DNA of 64,000 nucleotides. Source: Camelus ferus. Lineage: Eukaryota. Positions within the stretch are counted from its first letter, which is position 1. Every line of letters begins with the position of its first letter. The notes beneath the pieces are model-generated. The model was not told the origin of the DNA. It searched no databases and was given only the letters and a program-made list of their open reading frames with translations. Made by a program: the position numbers and the translations under genes. Of the stretch, positions 38,521 through 51,726 are shown piece by piece. Location: the NCBI RefSeq assembly GCF_009834535.1, contig NC_045696.1, forward strand, positions 98,520,001 to 98,584,000, read 5' to 3'.

Positions 38521-40029
38521 TTTTCAGTAATACAGCTTAATAAGAGACCATGGCGAGTCCCTCAAGTCTAGCTGTTACGAGTGGTGGTGAAGGGTGGTGA
38601 GCGGGTGTTTAAAAGGTGCCTTTGGGTTAAAAGTGAAGGAATCTATGAATGCAGAATGGGAGAAAGCACACCAGTTAATATCTCAACATAGTATCTTCCC
38701 ACAAATGGATATCCACATTGAACACGATAGCCCACACAGAGAACAATCTCTCATATTAGATGTGATGTCTGTGTTAGTTTATCAAGCAGGTGAATGTGTT
38801 TTTTATATTATAATTTTTAAGATCCTTGTACTCAAACCACATGCATGTGAATTTTCCATCTTGTACTATCTGAACAACGGGTTTCTAATTGAATGTCAAA
38901 ATTAATGAACAGATTTTAGAAAAATAGTCGCATATGGATGTTATTTAATTTGAATAGTATATTAGCTCTTTTGAGTGCTCAGCTTCAGAGTGTGGCTTCC
39001 CCCACCCCTTCCCTTTTATGTGATATCCCAGAAGCCATGTAAGAATATTGTTTTTTATTTTTTTGCAGGATAAATATTCAATTAACTCTGGCTCTTTCCA
39101 TTAGATATTTTTCAACTGTTCAAATGTTAACTTGCAATTATGTGTGTAGCTGAGATGTTCTTTCAGAGCTGAATTCTGAATTCTCAGTTGAATTTTGTAT
39201 TATACTCATGTGATGGGCTGTGAATTTAAAAGTATCCTAGAGATAACACATAAATCAGTTTGGTAATAGTCTATTGCTTTGGGGACAATCACGTTACTGT
39301 TTTGGCGTCAAGAGTTGTCCTGATGAACAAGAGCCATCTTGTTAGTCAGCTATGTATTTCAAGCATTAGTCAATGGATGACACAGTGTGGCGTGCAAATT
39401 AGAAATGGATGAATTGGTTTCACCAAATTAGTATTCCTCATTTACTCCTCTGGCATATGAAACAGTATTTCATAATTCAGAGTCACTCTTCAGAGCACTT
39501 CTACTTGCCACTTTTGCTTACCGCTTTTATTCTTTAAATGTTTACTGAATATTGATTTTTCAAAGAGGAAACTATAGCATACTCCTTGAAGTCATTTTTC
39601 TGTATTAATTGCCTTTTCAAGACTTCCTCTTTGTTGAAATTTTAAGATTCTTTCTTCTTTTTTTCCCATTTCAAGTTTACTCATTCATCTTTAGGCAAGG
39701 GAACCTCAGTAATTATCCTTCAGACAGTAGGGATGAACAAGCTTTTCAGGGTACTTGCAGATACCTGCAACTTGACATTTTAAAGCAGCTTCTTGGTTAT
39801 CTCTATTCCATAATCATTTTTGAATTGTTTCTTAATCATTTCATGCTCCTTTTTGCTGATTCTACCAAGCCATTCTGTAACTTATTAAATTAGATCATAA
39901 CTTAAGTTTCAAAAATTTCTGTGAATGTTGGTTAACTTATTGAATATTATTTTATTTTTTCCCAATCTTAAAATCATAGAGGATAAAGGAAATGTCCAAG
40001 CTTCATGTTCTTATGAGTATAATGAACCA

Positions 40030-40560
40030 TGCATATCAGTCAGTCACCAGAATCCTGTCTGGCAGATTTAAACAGAAAAACAATGTATTAAAGATGTTAG
40101 ATATCTCAGAAAATCTTCAGAAGGGCTGGAGAGACAATGATTCAAAATTAATTTCTTGGAACAATGCTCATAACCAGGCTCATAAGTGGCCTGGTGAAGA
40201 AGCCTCCACTGGTGCCACAGCCACTACAGAGAGGCAAACACCAGGAACATGACTTCGCTGAAACTTCTACTGTCATGACATGGAAGCCACTTCTTTTTCA
40301 GGGGCTCTACTTTGTTGGACACTTTTGTTCCAACTGCACCAACAGAATGGAAGCTCTGTGCAGTGCTTGACATAGTGTTGGTCATATCCGAACAGTCTTG
40401 TCTGGCCTCGTCTGATTTATGTGGCCGAGGCTGTATTTCTGAGCAGTGACTGCAAAGGAACTAGAGAATTTGGGCTCTGCCATCCAAACTGGGAAGGAGA
40501 CACTCAATGTGGTAATGTCCTCACACACAGAACAACTATTCCAAAATGACTGGCAGGCAT
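40030..40560 (-). mobile_element. Old MaLR/ERVL LTR (MLT1K/L-like)
   Basis: CTGGCAGATTTAAACAGAAAAACAATGTATTAAAGATGTTAGATATCTCAGAAAATC resembles an antisense MLT1 end. Confidence 0.5.
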
Positions 40561-41099
40561 GAAAATGATTAATTTATACCAAGAGATGCGATAGAATAAA
40601 ACGTGTAATTATAACTATTACTTACTATCCTCCTATTTAATCAAACTGAGTATGTGATAATTGTGAGTTACTCAACGTAAATTTGAAAGCAACTTGTCAT
40701 TTGAATAACCTGCCCTCATTGGCCTATAAAGTATGACTTGATTAATAGACTAGAGTAATACTCATATTTTTAAATCAACCTCCAAAGAATAAAGATATTA
40801 CAACATGAAACATAATATGAAAGATACTATGTTTATCATAAAAGATGAATCTGATATTAACACTTTCTAATAATTTGGGTTTACTGGAAAAACTACGGCA
40901 TCTTAGTTTGAATAGAAATATAATGATGATGTGGTTAATGACTGCCAAGATACTGATTAAAAACAATAGTGATATAATATTAATTCATATCTAAGCTTTA
41001 GGCCATTTATTTCAACATAGACTTGGTCCTTGGAGGTTTATTAATATTTAATGCATTTTAACTTTGTTGAGTATTCACCTTGAGCTCACTTGTTCATGA

Positions 41100-41385
41100 A
41101 CAAGTACATAGTAGAAAAGCAATGAGATGAATCTGATGTCTCCGTATTATTTTAGAAATTGGAACATAAGTGCGAACAACTACTGAAGATGTCTGTATAT
41201 TGAATGAAACACATTCCCGTCCATCTTGGGAGAGTTCTGCCATAATGGGACACTTAATGTAGTGTATTTGAGGCAGCACTGGTGGCAGCTCCATGAAAGA
41301 AACAATTGTGGCTAAATCCCCAAAGGATGGACCGATGTCCTAATGGGTCTTTTTTATATCTCTAATTCCAGCAATTCTATGGGTG
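41100..41385 (+). mobile_element. Ancient element ending in a CR1-type 3' tail
   Basis: GGATGGACCGATGTCCTAATGGGTCTTTTTTATATCTCTAATTCCAGCAATTCTATG resembles the CR1 terminus GGACTAGATGACC...TTCTATG. Confidence 0.45.
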
Positions 41386-42205
41386 AAAAGAACAACCCAC
41401 AAAGTGATAAGAAGGAAAACTTGAAGTACTTATGTTTCTAAAAAACATCATTTAATAAATTATAAGAAGACTAAAAGGAAGTCAAGCGACTGAGTGGGGA
41501 AGCGTGGGTTTATTCCCCAGACGGCCCTTAAAAGATGGGAGGAGAGGAAGCTGAGTGTGGACTGTGAATAAAATATTTACAAAACAAACCCCAACAGGCA
41601 ATAATAATTGAATATTTTATATTTTGACTTATTCAACTTTTATGATTTAATTTTTTTCTTCATTGAGTTTAATTAAGCTTTCCCCAGAGCTACAAGCCTT
41701 GAAAACTTGGAAAAAATAAAGCTGTTCTGTTTACCAGGCAGGTTTTCACAGCCCCTTTCAACTGAAGTATGGAATTTGTTAAAATCTTTTTCCAAGGGCT
41801 GCTGTTCAGCAATTTTAAGGTGTCTGCTGCTCCATTAAAAAAAAGAAAGAGTCCTATTAGTTTGGCAAAGATAGTGCCTTCTGGGGCTAAAATGTTTCTC
41901 TAAAGTTTTCTGCACTGTGCTGATATTTTTTATCAAATATGAATAACATCTTCAATAACTCCATATGGGAAACATAATATTCTTATAAATATTTTCCACT
42001 GTCAGGTAACTCAGTATATGTGCTTAATATAGGAAATGTATTACGGAACTATAATTCAAATATATAATCCAGATATAGATTTTCAGATAATCCTAACTAT
42101 TCTTACTCTCATTTATTTATTCCAATTATTGATTAATTCATTCATCTGTATTTTCATTTATTCAAATAACAACCACCAGGTGCCACTTAGGAGACAAGGA
42201 GATAC

Positions 42206-42730
42206 TGTAACCCCCAAAATTAAAGACCCTGGTTCTTGTCATACCCTAAAGATAAGTTTACAGTCAGGAGATGGTGCGTTGTGTAGTGAAAGATTTTAAA
42301 AGATTTATTTAAAAAAGAAAAAGTACACCTCCAAAAAACGGGAGGCCTGCTGATCCAAGGGAGGATTTTTGTCTCCCCTTTCTCTTATACCCTCGCTTAG
42401 AGGTGGTTTTTTGATTGATTGACAGCTCCTTGTCCCTGGAATGCTTAGTCATGTTTGGCCCCTTTGCACATGTCCTTTCCCATGGTGTATGCAGAAAAAC
42501 CTGTGGGGGGAGCCTAAACCGCAATGTTAGTTGTAATACAGTGAATGTTGGTCGTGTCCGCAGTTAAGTCCTTTCTGCTACCATGCAGTCGTGGTTGTCG
42601 GGTTCTACCGATTTCTTGCTGGCTCTCATTTAGAAGAACTAAAGTCCCTTTACCCTGACTCAATCTTCTGGGCCACCCTCCCTCTCTCCACCTATCTGTC
42701 CTGTGCCCCTACGTGTCTAACTACCTAACA
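42206..42730 (-). mobile_element. Relatively young ERV solo LTR (525 bp) inserted in an L2 tail
   Basis: TG...CA termini; perfect 4-bp TSD ATAC (42202-42205 / 42731-42734); minus-strand TATA-like box and AATAAA; CpGs retained. Confidence 0.88.
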
Positions 42731-42759
42731 ATACTAGAAAAAGAAGTAGCCAAAAAAGA

Positions 42760-42850
42760 AAAGGAAAGAGGAGGAGGAGGGGGAAAGAGGAGGAGGAGGA
42801 GGGGGGAGGAGGAGGAGGGGGAGGAGGGGTGATGGGGAGGAGGAGAAGAA
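42760..42850. repeat. Polypurine (GGA)n/G-rich tract
   Basis: Seen directly. Confidence 0.9.
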
Positions 42851-44039
42851 GTTAAAATTTTCCTACATCTTTCTCTATAGAGTGGAGTTAACTCCTTCAG
42901 ACATGATGTAATGGAAGGAGCTGTGTGTATAGGCGACTGACTCATTATTGGATCTAAATTGGATCTGAGAGAGAGCAGGAGGCTAGAATGAAAGGACAAC
43001 ACTCTCCAGCTCTTTCATTTCCCTCCTCCAGAATCCCAATATCCAGGGCTAGAAATTCAGTGACTAGGTAAGGTTCCCTTGGCTTCTACTGGAAAGAAAT
43101 GTAGCTATGGTGGGATGTAGAAGAGTATGTAAAGAGATAAACTTGTCATTTTAAATAAAATAATTTATTTGGAATAAAGTACCTGGATCAAAAGGAGGTT
43201 ATTGGAAAATCAGCAGTTGAGGGTGTACTTTATTTTCGTGTTAGGAAACATCACCTCCATCAAAAACAGTACCTTCCTTGTCACCTTGGTATCCAAAATT
43301 GTTTTTTTAAAAAATGAGAATCTCCATATTGATCTTAATGATATTGGTAAGTTTTATTATCAGTAAACAGGGAGATAAAAACTGGCTTATAAAAAATAAG
43401 GGCCTAATATAAATGAGAGTTGGCTATGCTGAGCAATCTGAATGTGATTACATATCCTTTAGGTGTTTCTTCATGAACTAAAATATCAAAGAATGAAAAA
43501 TTCAGTTGATTTGCTGGTTTGATTTCTTTTAACTGAATTGACTGAGTATCTTCCCCCCAACCTCCCCTTTATAACTTTGTGAGAAACTCAAAGCCTTTTA
43601 CTGGAGTTAATAGTATTAAATACATAGGAAGAGAATCCAGTTCTCTGGGTAATTTAAAATATCTATTTGATATTTTATTTAGTAAAAGATCACAGGTGTA
43701 TTTTTTTTTTCAATATTTACTCAATCAATAGTTACCGGCGGAGCTCTGTGTGAGGTAGCTTGTGACTTACTGAGGGAACCGTGGCAGCAGGGAGGATGAG
43801 ATTGCTTTCTTAGTCTTGCCTTCACGGTTATGTACACACATGCACATATTTGACTAACTAGTCCCAATTTGATCTATCTTTGTTATTGTGGAGGTACAGC
43901 CTGAAGTATATTTGTTTTTGGTGAATGCTTGTGTTTCTCCTGATTTAATAAGATAGAAGTAACAGCATTGGCAGGAATAGATGATAATCTTTGTCGGTTT
44001 AGCAATCAAAGAGCTATCTATCTTATCTGTATTATGTAG

Positions 44040-44192
44040 ATGCATATGTATTCAAGTATATATAGACATATATACATACAAGTATATACAGACTTTTAGT
44101 ATATATGTTTTATATGCACATATATATGTTTATACATTATATATGTTTATATACATATAAGTGTATGTAAATATTACATATACACACACACA
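44040..44192. repeat. Degenerate (TA)n/(CA)n microsatellite
   Basis: Seen directly. Confidence 0.85.
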
Positions 44193-46139
44193 AAGCATTT
44201 ATAAAACTATCATCACTTTTTTACTACTAATAACCATGGCAGGAAATGTTAAATGTTTACAGCAAACTACTTATTTTATTCTCCTTTATTTGGGTGAAAT
44301 GTTTTCAGACAGATCCCTACTCTCACCCCTCCACAATTCATGAATGTCTTTTCAGTTAAAAAAAAAAAAGTACAGAAGTTCATCTCCAGACAAAGGTAGT
44401 TCCCTGCAAAAAGTTGTTTTAGCCCATTGACATTGTCATAAGAATTATCTTAAGAGGTCTTTACACTCACAGAATCACACACATATACCAGAAATACTTG
44501 CAGGTGGATACACACCTATTTTCTACATGGATTCCCTGTTGTTCTGACACTTCTAACATACCCTGTAACTTCCTCATTGGAATCTGAAAATAAAGTACTA
44601 TAAATCAAACAACAGAGACTTGAGACTTGATTTCTTTTTTCCCTTGTGAGACAGCCAGTCTCCCTCTCTGCAAGCCGTTCTAAGGTCTTGTGCTATAGCT
44701 CTGTTGAAAAATTGCGCTGGCTTGCCAAATATCTTAATGACTTTTCTCTCAGCAGTTGGTAATGGTGAAATGTTATTCTAGTAACCATAATGTCTCTCAT
44801 AAAACAATTGCATACAATATGTACTGTACTTCTATTTTAGTGAGCTCTTCTGTCAGAATAACAGTGCCAGTAACCATTTAGCATTTCATAGCAAACTGCT
44901 TACTAGTCCTTCAAGTGTAATATTGCAGAAAGAGTGAAGAAATGCGTGATTAAAAACGTTCACTGAGAGTGGACCATTTAACGCAACCCGACGCTGCAAA
45001 ATAAACCAGCCTTCACATATGTAGGCGCTCATCATATAAATGACAGTTCTATGTGGTCATTTAATTTTACGATCTCAATTGTCGCATATATTGCTCACAT
45101 AAATATAGTGTTCTCCTGCAGGGAGGTCTGCTGGGTGTTATAAAATCAGTGAGACCTCAATGGGTTCAAATGGACATCTTTTATAATTATTGCTATAAAA
45201 TTTCTTGACAATGCATTTTGTTGTCCAATGGCTAAAGAAAATGATTTTCCAAAAGAATGGGTTTCAACAAAGAGAGTAGCAGAGCCTGGGAATTTGTTCC
45301 TGTGTTCACCCATATTTAAATTACCTTAGTTACTCTCACCTAGTGGAGGTCTTCCTGCTCATCAGAATAAGGTCTTTGACTGTGGCTTCCAGTTAGAGGC
45401 AGGCCAGCTTTGAATTGTTTTATTTCATGAGGCAATATGGGAGAGCTAGAGGGAAGAATTAATCTGCTGTTAAGTGCCATTGGAATCTATTTACAGGAAA
45501 CTTTTTCATGAACTTGGAAAGATAAGGAAAGGGTAAAGAGTTCCTTAAACTCAGAATTGGAAATAGTTTGGAGAACAGGCTTTGAAAAATGTTTCCACTA
45601 GTACTATGCACTGCTGGAAGGATTCTCTTACTTTTTTTTTTTTTTGACTTCTTTAGGGTCATATATTTGACATTACAAAGAAATGAATATTGTGGTAGGT
45701 TTTTCTCTGCAGTATATTGCGATATTTTGATTACCTCTTGGTTTTTATATTTCCTCTAGGATAATAAGTTGTAATTATTATTGTTGCCTTGTGTGACAAG
45801 CGTTTAATGGCACGCTAATTGGATTTGGGCATTTGTTTCCTACGATTGTCCTGTAACTACTGTAGCAAACTTATTGCTTACATGTCTGTTGAGATATGCA
45901 ATGAAATGTTTCCTGTTTATGGTGGGAAAGGAAAATAATTGCTTAATATGTTTTTAAATGTTAAACTATTGGTGAGTAGTCATGTTTGTTGAATTCGAAG
46001 GGAGAGAGATAAGCGAGGAGCCATGGTTTCAACCCTCCTGCAGAAAGTAAAAGTGCAGAGAGTGGCACAGGGGAACAGATTTCCTGAGTACATTGAGGCT
46101 TTGGGTTTACTTGCCCAGAGGTCAGCTCTGAGACCACCT

Positions 46140-46800
46140 GGAGAGTCATTAGTCCTTTGTCTCTTTTGCCTTCAGTGCTGGCCTGGCAGAAGGGCTAATG
46201 TTCAGATGGAGGTAAGTTCTCTCTCATTCTGAGATGTGGACGTGGCCCCACCTCCATGTGCAGGGCTGGGTGTGTAACATAAGCTAAACCAAACAGGGAA
46301 TTACTTTCCTCCCATCAGAGAGATTGGTTCAGAAAGGACACATTACCTAGTTTAGTTATGGAAATCCTAGTCCAGCAGGTTTCAGAATTTTTGTAGGAAC
46401 CACCAGGAAAAACCCAACAGCAACAAGGTTGCCTTGGAAGCTGACCTTGGCATTGTGAAGGAGGGAGCTCTGTTGCTCCCATGTTACCATCCAGTGAGGC
46501 CTGAGACTGAAGTTTCCACCTGGAAGAGAATAGTGAAAAACTAGAGACAATGAGAGACCAGATCTTGGGTCACTGTTCGAACCCTTCAGGTAAGCTTCAC
46601 CACAGCTAAACCTACCCCTGAAGGTTTTAACTAGAGTAAATTGAGTTGAGTTTCCTGAAACTTGCTATTGAGAGAGCCCTAACTAATCCATATGTTCCTT
46701 ACCTTAATTTTCTTATGAAAGCAATAGCCATCACCCTTTTTTGGCCCAAGTTAGTTCAAGTTCAGTTTTTGTCACTTATCACCAAAATAATACTGATAAA
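46140..46800 (+). mobile_element. Old MLT1/ERVL LTR(s), with two LTR 3' ends
   Basis: TTGAGTTGAGTTTCCTGAAACTTGC...CCCTAACTAATCCA and TTCAAGTTCAGTTTTTGTCACTTATCACCAAAA. Confidence 0.6.
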
Positions 46801-46859
46801 CTATTTCTTGCTGGAGGCAGATTCCCCTATTTTGGTCTCTGCTTCTCCTATTGTCTAAG

Positions 46860-48330
46860 CGATTAATTCATTCTTTCATTCAATTAATACAATTGTACTG
46901 ATACAACTGGTATTTACTTAGTGTCTCCCATTGATAGATACTATTGATGAAACAATGAAAAACACATAATCTCTGTAGATTATGTAGGTAGAAATCTAGT
47001 GATAGAGAAGGTCATTAGAGAAGCAGTTACAGTAGCAGTATGAGAAGAACACAGAGTCTTCAAAAGGACCTAAAGGAGACCATGCCCTCCCATGGGAGGT
47101 CTGGAAAGGTCTCCTGGATGAGGGAGCATCACACCTGAGGCCTGGGAGACAAGCAGGATAATCCAGAAAGGTTGAGGGCAAGACCAGGAAGGGGAGACTG
47201 GCAAGTCTAAATTCTGGAGAAAGTATAATAATTTAAGGAACTTCCAAAAATTAAGGATGGCTTGAATTTAGAGAAATGGGCATAACAAAGGAGGTGATTT
47301 AGGAGAAGAAAGAGACAATTAAAGAGCTATATGCCCGGGATAAACTAGCTCAGGAAACAACTTATAAACAGGAGGAATTTGGACTTTATCTTAACAACAG
47401 TGAAAAGCCAATAAGGTTTTAAGTAGGGGAGAGGCTGGGTCAAATTTTGGTTTGTCTAACAAGAACAAATTTGGACTTAAATATGGAGAGGCAATTTATT
47501 CAAAAGGATTTCTGCAAAAGAGGAAGACTGTTGCAATGGGGGAGGGGAATTATTGCAATAGGAAGAATGCTCCAACCATGACATCTGCAAGTATCTCAAA
47601 GATCAGGCAGAAAAGGGCTTTTCCTTTATAAGGAGGAGTGAGCAAGGCAAGAAGAAAACTCAGGTGTTGGGAAGTAAAATAAATGGATGGAAGTGGCATG
47701 CTTAAATAGTAGATCAGAGACTGTTGTGCCCTGAGGTCAGCCTGTTCCTGGAAGGTGCCATTAAAAAGGGGTTGTATTCTGGTTTATGTTGAGGATGGGT
47801 CAAAATTCAGGGACGTGGGGGCAGAAGGGAAGCTTACCTAAAGTTTGGTCAAGTGAAATTAGCAGGTAATTTATCCAGATTGATTGTGGGCACAAAAGAA
47901 TTAAGCTAATCATTTATGAAGCAAAGAATGGGAATGTGGACGGCCTGTGTCTGGCTTTGTCATAGATAAATAAAGGGAGGCATCTGTGAATTTTATCTAG
48001 GTCATATGGGAAAGGTTCTTTGCAGTAAGCCATATCCCAGAACACAAAAGGTTGCAGGAACTTCTTAACCATCAGTGTTTTCCAGGATCAGTAGGCTCAG
48101 GTAAAGTTTAACATGGTCAGGTTTTAGAAAGATCACTTTGGCTGTATCGTGGAGAAGAATTTGAGGGGGCATAAGACCAAGGAGTAAAAGTGTACAGTAG
48201 TCTGAATGCAGTTGCCCTGGACCAGGGCACATAGAGAAGTAAGTGGATTACAAAGATTTTCAGTCTTTGGATTTTAGCATTTGATTGGATCTGGGAGGCA
48301 AATACAGCACTTAACTCCTAGGTGACAAAT
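46860..48330 (-). mobile_element. L2 LINE split by the MER67-type LTR
   Basis: GGAGGAATTTGGACTTTATCTT...GGGTCAAATTTTGGTT | TTAGAAAGATCACTTTGGCTG is collinear across the LTR. Confidence 0.8.
47453..48119 (-). mobile_element. MER67(C/D)-like ERV1 solo LTR
   Basis: Reverse complement begins TGACCATGTTAAACTTTACCTGAGCC...CCTGGAAAACA; perfect TSD GGTT. Confidence 0.85.
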
Positions 48331-48359
48331 GTGTTAGGAAGTTAATCCCTTTAACTGAA

Positions 48360-48680
48360 ACTTCCTTCTTAATTTCTGGAGTGGTCTCTAATTTTTCAGT
48401 CTGTGAGAGGTTTTTGAATCACTGTTTTCCAAAGAGGTTTTGATCTATACAGGCAATTATTTTTGTTTCAGAAAATTTGTTTTCTGTATTATTGTCAAAT
48501 ATTTTTGTCTATCTTATTGGTTTGTTTTCAATGCAGAAATTATATATACACTGGATGTCCTTTGTCTGTCTTCCATAGTTATATTACCTTTAATACTTTT
48601 CAATTTTGTCCTTCATTTTTATAGATGTTTTTGTTTCATTTCATGTGTGTGCTTCAGGGTGATGATCTGCATTTGGGTTT
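48360..48680 (-). mobile_element. L1/HAL1 ORF1-region fragment
   Basis: Antisense GAAAATTTGTTTTCTGTATTATT...CTGGATGTCCTTTGTCTGTCTTCCATA. Confidence 0.5.
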
Positions 48681-49590
48681 AGTGGGTGAGAAACCCTTTG
48701 TAGACCTTGAGCTGAAGACAAATGCTACAACCACTGCAAGCCAGTTTTATCTCCAAGAATAGCCTAAACCTCTAAAAAGAAGATCCTTGTGTGTACTGCT
48801 CCCACAAGAAACACATGAATGAAGGGTGATTTATACTGAGTTTTCTAACCAGACACTGTCTAATTCTTACCATTATTTTTATGTCCAACATTGCTGGTTG
48901 TAGGTAACACAGAAAAGTGCTTTATAACAAATCTTAGAAACATATTTTGTCAATGATCAAGGCCAAAGTCTTCTGCCTCATCAATTATCCAGATCATTAA
49001 TTTCCCTGATTTGACAAAAGAATAAGATGTGAATCAGGTATTTAGCTAAAGCAGAATGGAGTGGGGGAAGGCAAACCCACAGCCAAAACACACATCTGTC
49101 CTGGTAAGACTGAAACACGGTTCCCTCATGAGGGGAAAGTGTGCAGTGTAATCAGCTTGTTCCACAGTGGCTGTCTGGTCTTTTCAGAGACACTGTGTTG
49201 GTCAGCACTTTGTGCTCTGGGTAGATCACTGTTGTTTGCAGGTGAGACATTCAGCAGCAGGAGTAGCTCCATCCATCTTGGTAGAAGGAAGTCCAGGATG
49301 TGGAACACAGCCTTCTTTCTTGTCACCACAGGCACTCTGTTCTTGAGCCATTGAGCAAGCACTAGGGTTACCAAGGACCAAACTGGCTCACATCTACTGT
49401 GCAATTCATTGTCTTCCTGGTTTTTCAGCGCTTTCTTTGATGTGATTATTCTCTGAGACGTAAAGACCTATAGACTTCGTGCCCAGTCCAGTAAGTTCTA
49501 CTACATGCTTCTTTCCCAGACCCTTTGGCCTCCAGTCCTTCGACCTAGATCCCTGACCAACAAATCAAGGCATTTTCCACTTCCCAGGAA

Positions 49591-49718
<128 letters not shown>

Positions 49719-51479
49719 CCTTATGTCAGGCCACTTCTTCTCCCCCAAAGAGTTAATTATCAAGAGTATTGCTAGAGGGTGTCCCCCCCCATTGCACTTT
49801 GGTATATGTTCACAGGTAGCCATTGTTTGCTTTAATGACTATATTGAGCTTATTCATCTGTGAGCCAGTCTGGTGTTTCTCTTCTTATCTTCTGTCAGTT
49901 AGTCATAGGGCACCCTCCCTGCCATGGGGCCACAGCTGTGAGCTGAAGGAGAGGAATCAGAGCTACAGAGATAAGTGGCAGGAGTATGGGCCACCTATTC
50001 ATGGAACTTATGCCCCACAGACCTGCTGGGGTCTGACCCCAAATAAACCATCTCTGTTTTCTAATAGACTGCAGCCCTGCCTGCTTGACCTTTTAATTTA
50101 TTGAGTCTGAAAATACACGGCTCGTCATGGGCAGCTCCACTTATATATAATCACTTGATGTTTCACAATCAGGTCTCCATGGCCATTGCTGTGGAATCCT
50201 AAAGGTCAAGATCCAGCAGGTGCCATTCTAGCCGCACCGCACGTTACAGGGAACAGCATCTACCCTTGTCTGCACTCTCCCCCGACTCTCATTCTGGGGT
50301 TTTATTATCCTGATGGATGCTAGAGAACCTAGCTACATAGCAGCATTTCCCAACACCAGTCCCTTCCTGAGAGAGTAATCTCAGATTGGACTTCTTGGTG
50401 CTGCCCCTTTGCTGGAGGGTTTCTCATTGCTTTAGCAAAAGCAGTGACTTCTGAGAGTTCCCCTGGCACAAAATCAGCTGATAGGTTCTCTGGTCTTACA
50501 TAATAAATCTTTTCTAACATACCCTGCTCTGATCTTTTTGACCCTTTCCTCAATATTAAGTCAAGGCAGAACTGACACCTCCACCTCACATACAGTAGAT
50601 TAGCATCTTTCCAAACTTCAGGGAGACATCCTAGCAGTGAATTAGGACCAGCCGCAGGTGTCTTTGCCTGGAGATTAAATCCCAGCTCAAAAATGAGAGA
50701 TTGGATAGCAATGAACTCATACAAATCAATACTCAAAAGTCTTACGGTCTTCCGTCCCTGGTAAAGAGTCCTCAATAGCTGAAGCTAGACTTTTCTCTTG
50801 ATTGCTTCCGTTACAAATTAACCAATTCTTGCAGCTCTTTGGGTGAATGAATAATGTATCTCATGCCATAGCACGTACACTACTTTCCTACTCAGGCCAT
50901 GCTGCGGCTTGCCTCGTTGACTCTGCCACTGTCACTCTGATAGGTCCTGTTCCCACAGACCCCGCTCTCTCTGGCAGGGTCTGGGAGGCACAGTCACTGC
51001 AGGAGGCGTGGGGGCGGCAGCAAGAACCGTGAGCTCTCCCCAGGGTCACACGGAACTCTTCCCACCCATGTCTCTCTGCTCCCAGAGGGCTGCCTCGCTG
51101 CCTACAACATGACAGGCCTCTGGCAGGTGCACCCAGGCAACCGTCTTTCTTCCTATCCTGCCAGCATCCTCTGGCCCCTCTTAAGGAGGATCCAGAACCC
51201 AGGCTTAAGTTTGCAAGCAGGAGAATATAAAGACCTAGGCAGGGAGTGCAGCCGAGAGTGGGCAGCCTGTCCCTCATCTCCAAGTGAGTTGTGGGGACAC
51301 GGCCTTCCCTTCTCCCACTAAGGGAGCTGCAGTGACCCCAAGACCTGGTTCCCCACACGAGGGGAAAGGGACAGAGAGAAGGGTCACGGACAGAGCCCCC
51401 GCTGCATCTGTGCCAGAGTGGCTATGTGTCTGTGTCTCCCTGGGAGGGGACCGCTTTCACATGGTTTCTCTTGCAGGAA

Positions 51480-51726
51480 ACCAACTTGATATAATAAAAT
51501 TGTATTTATGTTAATAGAAGCAATGTTCTGTTATGAAGTAAAAGGTATTTTTTTTAATTTGTAAGTTTATGTCATTACTCATGTATTCTATTACCTAAGT
51601 AAAAAATACTTCTAAAGGAAAACTTTCTATTTTAGTACTTTGAATGGTAAATTTTTCCCGCTTTTTGATCATAGGGGCCCACATTTTCATTTTGCACTGA
51701 TCTCTGCAAATTATGAGAGTATCTGA
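51480..51726. mobile_element. hAT-Tip100 (MER91/Zaphod-like) end
   Basis: AGGGGCCCACATTTTCATTTTGCACTGATCTCTGCAAATTATG. Confidence 0.7.

Noticed and set aside
50329..51470. 148-aa and 156-aa ORFs and a GC-richer patch
   Set aside because: No recognisable protein, and CpG density is too low for a CpG island.
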